Origin: Acidobacteriota bacterium
GTDB taxonomy: Bacteria > Acidobacteriota > Thermoanaerobaculia > Gp7-AA8 > JAHWKK01
NCBI GenBank assembly: GCA_019347945.1
Contig: JAHWKK010000001.1
Coordinates: forward strand, 3,299-67,298
Direction of reading: 5' to 3'
Length of the DNA: 64,000 bases
Shown here: one piece after another, positions 17,704 through 27,104 of the stretch
Numbering within the stretch: the first letter of the stretch is position 1
Layout of the letters: the number at the start of each line of letters is the position of its first letter
Translations under genes and position numbers: made by a program
Notes under the pieces: generated by a model
Databases searched by the model: none
Seen by the model: only the letters and a program-made list of their open reading frames with translations
What the model was told of the DNA's origin: nothing

Positions 17704-18594
17704 TTAGTCCGGATGTTCCCGAGTGAGCGGCGCGCGGGGGCGTAGCCGGACCGATCGCGAATCGGAGATCGGTCGCGAAGGATCGGGAACGAGGAGGACC
17801 GCCGCGAGAGCGACCGTCAGCTTTGCGGGATCGATCGGGGAGCTCAGAAGAGGGGCCGGCCAGATCGTGAGGAGGTGTACGCCCATGACGAGCCAGAGGT
17901 TCCGCGTGCGGAGATAGAGGAGCGCGAAGAAGACGCCGCTGACGGCGAGCAGCGGGAAGTCGAGGCTCTGCAGCCCGAGGCGTCCCCGCGCCGCGGTCGC
18001 ATCGATGATCTCGGCAATCGCATAAGCCGACTGCGAGATCAGCAACGCGGATCCGGTCCGGATGAACGGGTCCCGGATCGGACGCCGACGCTCGAAGTAG
18101 TCCAGACACCACGTGAGCACCAGTCCCCGCCAGATCAACTCCTCGGCGATCACCGAGCCGATCATCCTCTCGATCAGGGGTGTGAGCATCCCCCTCGGGT
18201 TGCCCCATCCCGGGTAGATGGCCAGGCTCTCGTATCGCGTCAGCGCGACCGTCGCCTCGGCGAGCTGGACGAGACCCCAGATCGCGCAGACCGCGGCGAT
18301 CGCCAGCGGGATGCGACGAGCGTCGATTCCGAGCGTTCGCGGACTTACCTTCGCCAGGACCCAGCATGTGCCGATCACCGTCAGGATTTGCACCAGAGAG
18401 ATGAGGACGTCGGGGTTGATCAGATTCCAGCTCGTGCTCGCCACCCTGGCGAACGCCTTCGACCGGTGGAGAAACCACGACAAACCCTCGAGCGCGATGA
18501 CGATCGATACGATCATCACCAGCAATTCGGGCGAGATCCGTCCGATTGCGTCTCTCCAGGATGACGCCCGCTCCTGATCCGGGTTTTCGGTCAC
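17704..18594 (-). CDS. CPBP-like polytopic membrane protein (EExxxR motif present, other CPBP motifs degenerate)
   Basis: 296 aa, ~7 predicted TM helices. VIAEELIWRGLV matches CPBP motif 1. Canonical FxxxH / HxxxN are not clearly present (possible HLLTIW). Confidence 0.45.
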   Translation of the reverse strand: MTENPDQERASSWRDAIGRISPELLVMIVSIVIALEGLSWFLHRSKAFARVASTSWNLINPDVLISLVQILTVIGTCWVLAKVSPRTLGIDARRIPLAIAAVCAIWGLVQLAEATVALTRYESLAIYPGWGNPRGMLTPLIERMIGSVIAEELIWRGLVLTWCLDYFERRRPIRDPFIRTGSALLISQSAYAIAEIIDATAARGRLGLQSLDFPLLAVSGVFFALLYLRTRNLWLVMGVHLLTIWPAPLLSSPIDPAKLTVALAAVLLVPDPSRPISDSRSVRLRPRAPLTREHPD

Positions 18595-18800
18595 GCGCGC
18601 ATTCTAGCGAAGAGCGGGGAGCGAGGGGGGGTGAGGAGGGTAGCCGCGTCATGAAGGCTCACCGGGCAGAAACGAGCGGCGCGGACCAACGGATCTCCTC
18701 GTGCGGCGTGGTCATATGAAAATGGAATGTTTATCGCAAGAGGGCTCAGTTTTTGCGGGGAACGAAGGGCCCCACCGGGAGGAGAGGAGATTCAACGGGC

Positions 18801-20006
18801 TTGAAGATATTGATCGCACTGGTCGCCGCGCTGTCGATGGCGATCCCGGTCGTTGCGGAAGTCCGCGGCATGGCCGTCGGACAGCAGTACGCAACCAGCG
18901 GCTTTCTCACCTCACTCTCTTTCGACCGCGAAGGGGTGATGTATTACACGACCCGCAGCGGTGACATCCGGCGGCTCGTCGATCAGACCGATGAGCTCGT
19001 TGCGCATGTTCCTTCGGCCGACATGGGCAACGCGGCCCTGCTCGGAATGGCGTTCGATCCCGATGGGCAGATGGTCGTTCACTACGTATCGCCCGATCTG
19101 ATGACGGATGTGATCTCCCGCGTCGATCCGGTCACGGGTGAGGAGAGGATCATCGCGGAGATCCGATGTACCGAGATTCCGGTGAACTGCTCGAGTGAAC
19201 ATCGTGGCGGCAATCCGTTCGTGACTCGGGAGGGTGAGATCTTCGTCGGGGTCGGTGACTACAATCTCCAGATGGTCGCTCAGGATCCGACATCCTCGGG
19301 GGGGAAGCTCTATCGGATTTCGGCCGATGGAGTCGTGACGAAGTTTGCGAAGGGCGTCCGGAACCCGTTCGATATGGTCTGGGACGAAGAGCGCGAAGTT
19401 CTGATCCTGGGGGACAATGGTGCGGTCGGGCAGGATGAGCTCAACGTGGCGGCCGAGGGAGCGAATCTCGGCTGGCCTCTCACGATGGGAAGTCAGCCGC
19501 CGGTCGAAGGAACGGTGCCGCCAGTCTACGTCTTCGAGGGCACCGTGGCTCCGACGGGCATCACGCTGGGCGGCGGAGCACCGAGCTATTTTCGCGGCGG
19601 GGTGCTCATGACGGGTTTCGTCTCCGAACGACTCTACTTCTTTCCGTCAATCGATCCGATCACTCCCCCCATCGTCCTGGTCGACAAGCGGGCGCCGATG
19701 CTGATCGACGTTTCGATCGACCCGGAAGGCGGCGTCTGGTTCGCTTCCCCGTTCACGATCTATCGGCTCGATGTTCCGCTTCGGGGGGATGTCGACGGAG
19801 ATGGTGAGGTCGACTTTCACGATTACCAGGGGCTCATTCTGGAGCTCGACGACGGCGATGGCAACTCGGTGTTCGATGTCGAAGGCGGAACATTTCCCGG
19901 CACCTGGGGCGCGGATGTCGACCTGGATGGCATCGTCAGCGAAAGGGATCTCCAGCAGCTCTCCTGGACGCTCTGGGGGCGACGCCGGGGCGTGGGCCGG
20001 CGTTGA
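18801..20006 (+). CDS. Secreted glucose/sorbosone dehydrogenase-like (GSDH family) beta-propeller with C-terminal dockerin-like Ca-binding repeats
   Basis: Likely start TTG 18801 after strong RBS GGGAGGAGAGGAG (the track ORF starts at upstream TTG 18753). Signal peptide LKILIALVAALSMAIPVVA. GSDH-like motifs GVRNPFDMVWDEEREVLILGDNGAVGQDELNVAAEGANLGWP. C-terminal pair of dockerin-type repeats GDVDGDGEVDFHDYQGLILEL and ADVDLDGIVSERDLQQL. Confidence 0.7.
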   Translation: MKILIALVAALSMAIPVVAEVRGMAVGQQYATSGFLTSLSFDREGVMYYTTRSGDIRRLVDQTDELVAHVPSADMGNAALLGMAFDPDGQMVVHYVSPDLMTDVISRVDPVTGEERIIAEIRCTEIPVNCSSEHRGGNPFVTREGEIFVGVGDYNLQMVAQDPTSSGGKLYRISADGVVTKFAKGVRNPFDMVWDEEREVLILGDNGAVGQDELNVAAEGANLGWPLTMGSQPPVEGTVPPVYVFEGTVAPTGITLGGGAPSYFRGGVLMTGFVSERLYFFPSIDPITPPIVLVDKRAPMLIDVSIDPEGGVWFASPFTIYRLDVPLRGDVDGDGEVDFHDYQGLILELDDGDGNSVFDVEGGTFPGTWGADVDLDGIVSERDLQQLSWTLWGRRRGVGRR

Positions 20007-20034
20007 ACGGAAGCGGGCCCGACCGAATCGGCCG

Positions 20035-20586
20035 ATGATGTATTGCCCGAAGTGCTACACGGACGATCTCTCCCAGGTGAACAGCGGCTCGTTACCCGAC
20101 GCCACGTTCGTTTGCGCGAGCTGCGAGGGTATCTGGATGATGAACGTCGAGGCCGTGACCGATCTGCGAAAGGAACCGGACGAGCTCCCCGAGCACGATC
20201 GGGAGCGCGATCTCAGAGCGGGTCTCTGCCCTTTCGGGCACGGCATCCTTCGGCGTGCACAGACCCACCTCGACCCTCCCTTCTATCTCGAGCGCTGCGG
20301 CATCTGCTCCGGCATCTGGTTCGATCGCGGAGAATGGGAACGTGTTGTCGTCCAGGGACTCTCTGCTGATCTCGGGGAGATCTGGACACAGTCGTGGCAG
20401 CAGAGGAAGCTCGACGAGGAGCGACGCCGGCGGACTCTCAATGAGGCACAGCAGGCGCTCGGCGCCGAGATCGTCGAAGAGCTCTTCTCACTCGGAGGCA
20501 AGTTGCGGGATCACCACGAGCGAAATCGAGCGATCGCGTTTCTGCTCGAAGTCGTCCGAGGGGGGCTCGATCGCGAGGGAAGCTAG
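20035..20586 (+). CDS. Double zinc-ribbon protein (two TFIIB-type zf-ribbon-like CxxC...CxxC units) with C-terminal helical region
   Basis: MMYCPKCYTDDLSQV...FVCASCEGIWMM... and ...LCPFGHGILRRAQ...LERCGICSGIWFDRGEWERV. 183 aa. No similarity to enzymes that I can see. Confidence 0.55.
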   Translation: MMYCPKCYTDDLSQVNSGSLPDATFVCASCEGIWMMNVEAVTDLRKEPDELPEHDRERDLRAGLCPFGHGILRRAQTHLDPPFYLERCGICSGIWFDRGEWERVVVQGLSADLGEIWTQSWQQRKLDEERRRRTLNEAQQALGAEIVEELFSLGGKLRDHHERNRAIAFLLEVVRGGLDREGS

Positions 20587-21071
20587 CGTGGACCGGGCGG
20601 GAGCTCGTGAAAGAAGTTGACGAGTGAGCGCCAATAGTGAGTCACGATCCCCCGCCCAGATTCTTCGCCCGCGCTCCGCCGGGCTCAGAATGACGAATGT
20701 CGCGTTTGCGCGAAGCGACGATCACAGACGAATGTTCGCCCTCGCGAAAACCCACTCCTTCGTCATCCTAGAAGCAATTGACCGGCGCGTTGCGCCGGTG
20801 AAGCGGGAATGAAAACCGGAGCCCGCAAAACTCCGCACCCCATACTCAAATCGACGTCGTCCCGAGCGGGCGGTCGGGTGGGCAAGCGAGGGACCTTGCA
20901 GGGTGGGACATCAGACCAAGCGAAGCGCTGCAAAAGGTCGAAGTCCACGCAATTTCGTCGTCGTTTCATTAGGAGCGCCGAAGGACGGCGAAGGATCCGG
21001 GCGTGGGCGAGTAGACCGAAGCGAAGCGCGGAGTCTAGGGAGACTGCATCAGCGCTACATCGATCGATACA

Positions 21072-21668
21072 TCATTTCCATGACACCACGATCGTGGTAG
21101 CGGGGAAACCTTCCCAGGTCCCTTCCAGGATCTCGGCCTTGGCTTCCCGGGCACCCGAGACTTCCAGCAGACGCTCCAGAAACCCGAGCGACTGATGAAC
21201 GGCGGCTTCCTCTGCTTCTCCCGACATGCCGTACTGGATCTCGAGGATTGCCTTCCCATCGCGGATCGTCGTCACCTTGACCGCCGGAAAGTCGAATAGC
21301 GCCTGGCGGAGGATCTGAAAGCGCATGAACGTCTCGCGTGGATCGTTGTCGACCATGAGGTCCGGATGGACGGCTTTGAGCTCGTCGATCGTCTGGCGTC
21401 CCCATCGATGGATGAGATTGAGATCGTGATTCGCCACCTTCTCGAGAATCGCGAGACCGAGCTTCTCGAAGACATCCATCGGATACCATTTCTCCGGTGC
21501 GATCTGCTGCCTGGTCCAGCTCAGAGCCTCTGCATCGAGTACTTCGGTCCAGTCGATCTCCTTGTTCGCGCGGATCATCCGCACATATTCGGCAAAGAGG
21601 TGGCCTTTGACTTGTCTCGCCATAATTGCGGTGGAGTCTACCCGACGAAGCCGGAGGGAAGGAGCCAA
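21072..21668 (-). CDS. Hypothetical cytoplasmic protein (~183-198 aa)
   Basis: ORF with reasonable composition (MARQVKGHLFAEYVRMIRANKEIDWTEVLDAEALSWTRQQIAPEKWYPMDVFEKLGLAILEKV...). Alternative start 21623. No motif assigned. Confidence 0.5.
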   Translation of the reverse strand: MAPSLRLRRVDSTAIMARQVKGHLFAEYVRMIRANKEIDWTEVLDAEALSWTRQQIAPEKWYPMDVFEKLGLAILEKVANHDLNLIHRWGRQTIDELKAVHPDLMVDNDPRETFMRFQILRQALFDFPAVKVTTIRDGKAILEIQYGMSGEAEEAAVHQSLGFLERLLEVSGAREAKAEILEGTWEGFPATTIVVSWK

Positions 21669-21738
21669 CTAAAGTGGACCGCGAAAAAGGGAATGATCCC
21701 AAGATGGTGGCCGCCCTTGCGCGGATGCGCGTCAATGC

Positions 21739-24507
21739 TCAGCTCTGATTCGAAGCGGTGCTGCCCACTGACCCCGTATCGGCGACCGGCTCGCGAAGAT
21801 AGAAGCCGGTGACGCTTGCGTCGTTGGCTGCGACCCGTTCGGGGGGGCCCTCCGCGACGAGAAGTCCTCCTTCATCGCCGCCGCCGGGACCGAGATCGAT
21901 GACCCAGTCGGAAGCCTGGATGAGCTCGAGATTGTGCTCAATGACGACCACCGAGTGTCCTCTGTCGATGAGCTCGCGGAAGGTCGAAAGAAGCTGCCGG
22001 ACATCGGTCGAATGAAGACCGGTGGTCGGTTCGTCGAAAAGAAACAGACGTCGACTCGAATCCTGCCGTGGAACGAGAAACGACGCGAGCTTGAGTCGCT
22101 GTGCCTCACCACCCGACAGCGAGGCAGTCGATTGTCCGAGGGTCAGATATCCGAGGCCAACGCTGCGCAAAGCGTTGAGTTTTCGGATGAGGCCTCGGTG
22201 CTCGATGAAGAATCGGATCGCTTCGTCGACGGTCAGCGCGAGAATGTCCTCGACGTTCTTCCCGTGATGCCGGACCCGAAGAATGCGATCCTGAAAACGT
22301 CTCCCCTGACATTGATCGCAGGTGACTTCGACATCGGCCAGAAAGTGCATGTCGATCGACACCGTTCCACTTCCGAGGCACGATTCGCAACGTCCCCCAT
22401 CGACGTTGAACGAGAAGTCTCTTGCAGTGATCCGTTTGTCGTCCGCTGGGGCGAGAAGCTTCCGGATGTCGTCCCACGCCTTGACGTAGGTCGCCGGGTT
22501 CGATCTCGCGGAGCGGCCGATCGGGCTCTGGTCGACGAACTGGATGTCGTCGATCAGATCGATGTTCTCGATCGCCTCGATCTCGCCGGCGTCGAGCTCG
22601 GTCTCGCCGCGGTGATGACGGCGGTAGGCGTTGTAGAGGCAATCGCGGATCAGCGACGATTTCCCGGAACCGGACACACCCGTGATCGCAACGAGACCGC
22701 CCAGCGGAATCGCGACGTCGATGTCACGGAGGTTGTGAGACCGGGCACCGCGGATGATGATCCGATCCGTATTCTCGAGATCCTTTCTCGTCGCATCGGC
22801 GAGCTCGTCGACGTCTGTGGATGTACCGATTGCAGCCTTCGTGATGGCGGGACTGTTCGGCCCGGCAGCGACCAGCCGCCCGCCGAATCGACCGGCGCCG
22901 GGGCCTAGCTGGATGATGTGGTCGGCGCCGGAGATGATCGTCGGATCGTGCTCGACGACGACCACCGTATTGCCGGCGTCGCGGAGGCGGCCGAGGACGG
23001 TCAGGAGCCGGTCGCTGTCGCGCGGATGAAGGCCGACGGTCGGCTCGTCGATCACATAGAGCGTGTTGGTGAGACCGTTCCCGAGCGCAGCGGCGAGGTT
23101 GATCCGTTGCGCTTCGCCGCCGGAGAGTGTGCGCGCCTGCCTGTCGAGGGTCAGGTAGGAGAGGCCGACTTCGTCGAGATAGATGAGGCGATTCAGGATC
23201 TCCCGCCGGAGGTGGCCGGTTCGAGCCTCCTCTTCACTCGACAGCGGGAGGTACTCCCAGAACCTGCGGGCTTCCCCCACATTCATCGCGAAGAGCTCGG
23301 CGATCGAACGATCGCGGAAGCGAACGGCGCGCGCTTCGGGGCGGAGACGAGTACCGTCGCACGTGGGACACGAGTCGTATTTGCGATAGCGGGCGATGAG
23401 AACTCGGACATGGACCTTGTACTTTTTCGTCTCGAGCCAGTCGAAAAAGCCCTGAATCCCATACCACTTGCCGCGTCCGTGAATGAGTGCGTCGTAGGCG
23501 TCGGGCTCGAGCTGGTCGATCGGGACGTCGAGCGGAAGACCGATCCTCGACGCCTCCGCTTCGAGGTCGTCGTAGCAGCTTTCGTAGGCGGGGGAGTTGA
23601 AGGGCTCGATCGGGATCTCATCGAGACGAAGCGAGCGGTTCGGGATGACCTTTCCCCAGTCGACGCCCATGACGCGGCCGTAGCCCTGGCACTCCGGGCA
23701 GGCCCCGAGCGGCGAGTTGAAGGAGAAGAGCTGAGGAACCGGATCCTGCGCTTCCTGCCCGCAGCGATTGCAGATGAACGCCGTTGCCCAGGTGTGAGAC
23801 GTCCAGCCGGCGTCCTCCTGCACGAATACGACGAGCTTCCCCGAGCCGACGCCAAGCGCGGACTCGACCGCTTCGTTCAGGCGATCGCGCTTCGCATGAT
23901 CGAGCGTGAGCCGGTCGATCAGCACGGGCAGGGTTTCGAGCTTCGAGTGATTGGTGGAGATCTCCTCGATCGCGCCGTCGATCCAGAGCCGGTAGAAGCC
24001 GGCCTTTCGCAGGTCCTCGAGGATCCCGTCGTCGGTGGTCACCGGCGCGATGAGGACCGCCCGTCTTCCTGCGAACAGGCCGAGGAGCTTGTCGGAGATC
24101 GAACCGGATGTTTCGCGGGTGACGACCGCGTCGCACCGCACGCAGTGGGTCGTCCCCGCCCAGGTCATGAAGAGGCGGGCGTAGTCCGCCAGCTCGGTGA
24201 CGGTCGCGACGGTCGAGCGCGCGTTCTTGACGGAGTTCTTCTGTTCGATTGCGATGGCGGGGAGGATTCCCTCGATCGACTCGACGTCGGGACGATCCAT
24301 CCGCTCGAGGAACTGCCGGACATAGGTCGACATCGACTCGACGAACCGACGCTGTCCTTCGGCATAGAGCGTATTGAAGGCGAGGGAGGATTTGCCGGAG
24401 CCGGATGGCCCGGTGATGACCGTGAGAGCGCCGTGAGGGATGTCGACCGAGAGATCGACGAGGTTGTGAGTTCTCGCTCTCGAGATCGAGATTGCCGAGC
24501 TCGACAT
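21739..24507 (-). CDS. uvrA: Excinuclease ABC subunit A
   Basis: MSSSAISISRARTHNL...ITGPSGSGKSSLAFNTLYAEGQRRFVESMSTYVRQFL... Tandem ABC ATPase modules with Zn-finger insertions (CxxC pairs), ~922 aa. The track ORF's 91-codon N-terminal extension (R/S-rich) was rejected; ATG at 24507 fits canonical UvrA. Confidence 0.95.
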   Translation of the reverse strand: MSSSAISISRARTHNLVDLSVDIPHGALTVITGPSGSGKSSLAFNTLYAEGQRRFVESMSTYVRQFLERMDRPDVESIEGILPAIAIEQKNSVKNARSTVATVTELADYARLFMTWAGTTHCVRCDAVVTRETSGSISDKLLGLFAGRRAVLIAPVTTDDGILEDLRKAGFYRLWIDGAIEEISTNHSKLETLPVLIDRLTLDHAKRDRLNEAVESALGVGSGKLVVFVQEDAGWTSHTWATAFICNRCGQEAQDPVPQLFSFNSPLGACPECQGYGRVMGVDWGKVIPNRSLRLDEIPIEPFNSPAYESCYDDLEAEASRIGLPLDVPIDQLEPDAYDALIHGRGKWYGIQGFFDWLETKKYKVHVRVLIARYRKYDSCPTCDGTRLRPEARAVRFRDRSIAELFAMNVGEARRFWEYLPLSSEEEARTGHLRREILNRLIYLDEVGLSYLTLDRQARTLSGGEAQRINLAAALGNGLTNTLYVIDEPTVGLHPRDSDRLLTVLGRLRDAGNTVVVVEHDPTIISGADHIIQLGPGAGRFGGRLVAAGPNSPAITKAAIGTSTDVDELADATRKDLENTDRIIIRGARSHNLRDIDVAIPLGGLVAITGVSGSGKSSLIRDCLYNAYRRHHRGETELDAGEIEAIENIDLIDDIQFVDQSPIGRSARSNPATYVKAWDDIRKLLAPADDKRITARDFSFNVDGGRCESCLGSGTVSIDMHFLADVEVTCDQCQGRRFQDRILRVRHHGKNVEDILALTVDEAIRFFIEHRGLIRKLNALRSVGLGYLTLGQSTASLSGGEAQRLKLASFLVPRQDSSRRLFLFDEPTTGLHSTDVRQLLSTFRELIDRGHSVVVIEHNLELIQASDWVIDLGPGGGDEGGLLVAEGPPERVAANDASVTGFYLREPVADTGSVGSTASNQS

Positions 24508-24547
24508 TCGGCGGCCAGAACGTGGAGCGGAAAACGAAACTTCCGAC

Positions 24548-25534
24548 TCAGACGCGGATCTGATGTTTCTCGTAAAAGTTGTACTTACCGATCCGTTCCG
24601 AAAGCCGGCTGACGACTTCCTCCGGGAGCGGGTTGCCGGAGGCCTTTGCGTTGACCTCGACCTGATGCGGGTTGCGGGCTCCCGGCACGGTGGTCGAGAC
24701 GGCATCGTTCGCGAGAACGAACCGGAGAGCCGCCTGTCCGAGCGTGTCGCTCGACGACCCGACGATCGCCTTCGCCTCATCGACCCAGGCGAGCGCCTCT
24801 TCGAGCCGCCGGGGCGTCAGAAAATTCTGGCGTACGTCGTCAGGAGGGAACGTGGTTCCCGGATGATAGCGACCGGAGAGAAGACCGGAAGCGAGCGGCA
24901 CTCGCGCGATGACTCCGTAGCGCTTTTCCTTTGCGAGGGGGAACAGCTCGCTGGCGGCCGACTGATTGAGTATGTTGTAGAGGACCTGAATCGTGTAGCC
25001 CCATCCCCGCTCGACGATCTCGAGTCCTTCTTCAGGCGAAGTGATCGAGATTCCCCAGAATCGAATGCGGCCGTCGTTCTGAAGCCGCTCCATCGTCTCC
25101 TGAACTTCCTCCTTTCGAAGGACCTCGATGGGAGGATTGTGGAGCTGGTAGAGATCGAGATAGTCGGTTCGGAGCCGGTGAAGTGACCGGTCGATGGCGT
25201 GAAAGATGTGCTTGCGCGAAAAGTCCCGCTCGATCGTGTCGCGACTCGATCGCACGAAACCGACCTTGGTCGAGATGATGACGTCGCTGCGGTACTTCGC
25301 CAGGGCGAGACCGAGAAGTGATTCGCTGCGGCCGTGACCGTAGATGTCGGAAGTATCGAAGAAGTTGATCCCGAGCTCGCGCGCGCGCCGGATCGCGGCG
25401 AGTGTCTCGTCGTCACTCGTTCCGGCCCAGCCGATCGGTATCCCACCGACGCTGAAGCGTCCTCCAGCCTGCCATCCTCCGAAGCCGATCTCGCTGACCC
25501 CGAGACCGGTCCTGCCGAGCACCCGAGTCTTCAC
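24548..25534 (-). CDS. Aldo/keto reductase family oxidoreductase
   Basis: MKTRVLGRTGLGVSEIGFGGWQAGG...ELGINFFDTSDIYGHGRSESLLG... (AKR signature). 328 aa. Probable GTG start. Confidence 0.85.
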   Translation of the reverse strand: MKTRVLGRTGLGVSEIGFGGWQAGGRFSVGGIPIGWAGTSDDETLAAIRRARELGINFFDTSDIYGHGRSESLLGLALAKYRSDVIISTKVGFVRSSRDTIERDFSRKHIFHAIDRSLHRLRTDYLDLYQLHNPPIEVLRKEEVQETMERLQNDGRIRFWGISITSPEEGLEIVERGWGYTIQVLYNILNQSAASELFPLAKEKRYGVIARVPLASGLLSGRYHPGTTFPPDDVRQNFLTPRRLEEALAWVDEAKAIVGSSSDTLGQAALRFVLANDAVSTTVPGARNPHQVEVNAKASGNPLPEEVVSRLSERIGKYNFYEKHQIRV

Positions 25535-25583
25535 TCTTCTCTCTTCACCCTTCCTTTTTCACTTTACTCTTCACTCTCTCATC

Positions 25584-27104
25584 TCAGGGCATCGGAATCG
25601 AGCCGAGAAGGTATTTCAGATCTTCGTCGGTCCAGCGGATCCCGCCACCGACCGTGAAGGCGGTGTCGTTGAAGACGTTGTCCACGCCGGTCGAGACGTA
25701 GATCTGCGGAAGCGTTTCCTTTTCGCTGCTGATGACGTACTGGCTGAACAGCCGGAGATGAGGACTGTCGTCCCGGTACTTGCCGAAGTCGAAGATCTCT
25801 CCTGTGAGGCGGAGCCGATCGTTGAGGTGGTAGTCGGCGCCGATACCTCCGGTGTTCTCGAACAGTCCCAGCCGGACGACGAGCTCGTCGAGTTTCCAGC
25901 CGGCCTGCGCTGAGATCAGAAAATCGCGGTCGAATTTTTCTTCGCGGATCGTGCTCGTTTCGGTGGTTCCGTCCGGATGGATGACGATCTTCTCGACGAC
26001 CTTGACGTCCTTGTCTCCGCGCGGGACGTTGGCGAGCTCGACGTGGTAGAAGCGGTTCTTCTCGGGATCGGGCTGAAGATCGACGACGACGGCCGTACGG
26101 GAGTTGCTGCCGAGGGCGGGATCGACGTCTTCGAGTCCGGCGTAGTAGTCGCCCTGAATTCCGAGCTTGAGATCGATCTTCCCGATCCTGCCGAGGGTTT
26201 TCTGAAGCTCCCCGACGCCGGATTCGACAGAGGAGAGCGCCGACGTCAGTCGCTCGTGTGCTTCGTCGCTGTAGAGGAGCTTTCCGACGGTACCCTCGCC
26301 GGAACGTACCTGAGCGGTGACGTGGCCGAGGTTGTCGGCGGTCGTCTGAATGTCGGTGGAAAGGCGTCGCAGGTTCTCGACGATGATCCGGATGTCTTCG
26401 CGGTTGTCGCCGACGGTACCGGAGATGGAGAGCGCGGCCTGATCGAACGCGCGCGCGATCCGCGGGAGCTCCACACGGAGATCGGTTGTGATCGCGCGGA
26501 GGTTCTCGGCGGTGATCGCGACGTTCTCCTGATTGGAATCGATGAGGAGGCGCATACTCGCGGTGACCTGTCGGACGTTCTCGACGATCTCGTCGAGACG
26601 CTGCTCGCCGGACGGGCCTCCGACGGTGTTGCGGATCGATGCGGTGATCGCCTTGAGATCGTCGGCGATGGCAGCCACCTGATCGGTCACCTGCTCGATC
26701 GAGGCAGAGCTGGTCCCTTCGAGAAGGATCGGGCGATCGGTGTCCGCGAGAACCGGATTACCGACCGGCCCGGGGATCAGATCGACGTACTTCTCTCCGA
26801 GGAGCCCGAGGTTTGCGATCTTCGCGGTGGCGCCCTGCCGGAGATCGACCTCGCCGTTTACTTCGAGAGTCACCACGGCGCGACCGTCCTCGGTGAGGCG
26901 GATGCCGGAGACTTTGCCCACGCGCACGCCGGCCACTCGCACCGCCGACTTGTCGTCGAGCCCGGCGACCGAATCGAAAATGACCTGGATTTCCTGCACG
27001 GCGTCGGCGCCGCCGAGATTCAGGTCTTCGATTCTCAGGATGAAGAAAGCGAGAATCCCGAGAATGATCAGCATGAAGATTCCGACTTTTGCGGCCGCGC
27101 TCAT
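25584..27104 (-). CDS. MCE/MlaD-family protein (N-terminal TM + MCE domain, long C-terminal extension)
   Basis: MSAAAKVGIFMLIILGILAFFIL...VIFDSVAGLDDKSAVRVAGVRVGKVSGIRLTEDGRAVVTLEVNGEVDLRQGATAKIANLGLLGEKYVDLIPG. RBS GGAGGAG. 4-bp ATGA overlap with the upstream maf gene. Confidence 0.8.
   Translation of the reverse strand: MSAAAKVGIFMLIILGILAFFILRIEDLNLGGADAVQEIQVIFDSVAGLDDKSAVRVAGVRVGKVSGIRLTEDGRAVVTLEVNGEVDLRQGATAKIANLGLLGEKYVDLIPGPVGNPVLADTDRPILLEGTSSASIEQVTDQVAAIADDLKAITASIRNTVGGPSGEQRLDEIVENVRQVTASMRLLIDSNQENVAITAENLRAITTDLRVELPRIARAFDQAALSISGTVGDNREDIRIIVENLRRLSTDIQTTADNLGHVTAQVRSGEGTVGKLLYSDEAHERLTSALSSVESGVGELQKTLGRIGKIDLKLGIQGDYYAGLEDVDPALGSNSRTAVVVDLQPDPEKNRFYHVELANVPRGDKDVKVVEKIVIHPDGTTETSTIREEKFDRDFLISAQAGWKLDELVVRLGLFENTGGIGADYHLNDRLRLTGEIFDFGKYRDDSPHLRLFSQYVISSEKETLPQIYVSTGVDNVFNDTAFTVGGGIRWTDEDLKYLLGSIPMP

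Noticed and set aside
24508-24780. 91-codon N-terminal extension of the uvrA ORF in the track
   Set aside because: The extension is low-complexity R/S-rich. The canonical UvrA N-terminus (MSSSAISISRARTHNL) begins at ATG 24507 and leaves a sensible 40-bp gap to the upstream AKR gene.
25535-25583. Purine-rich spacer with GTGAAGAG-like repeats between the MCE gene and the aldo/keto reductase gene
   Set aside because: Short, and it probably just supplies ribosome-binding sequence inside the operon. Not enough structure to call a regulatory element.
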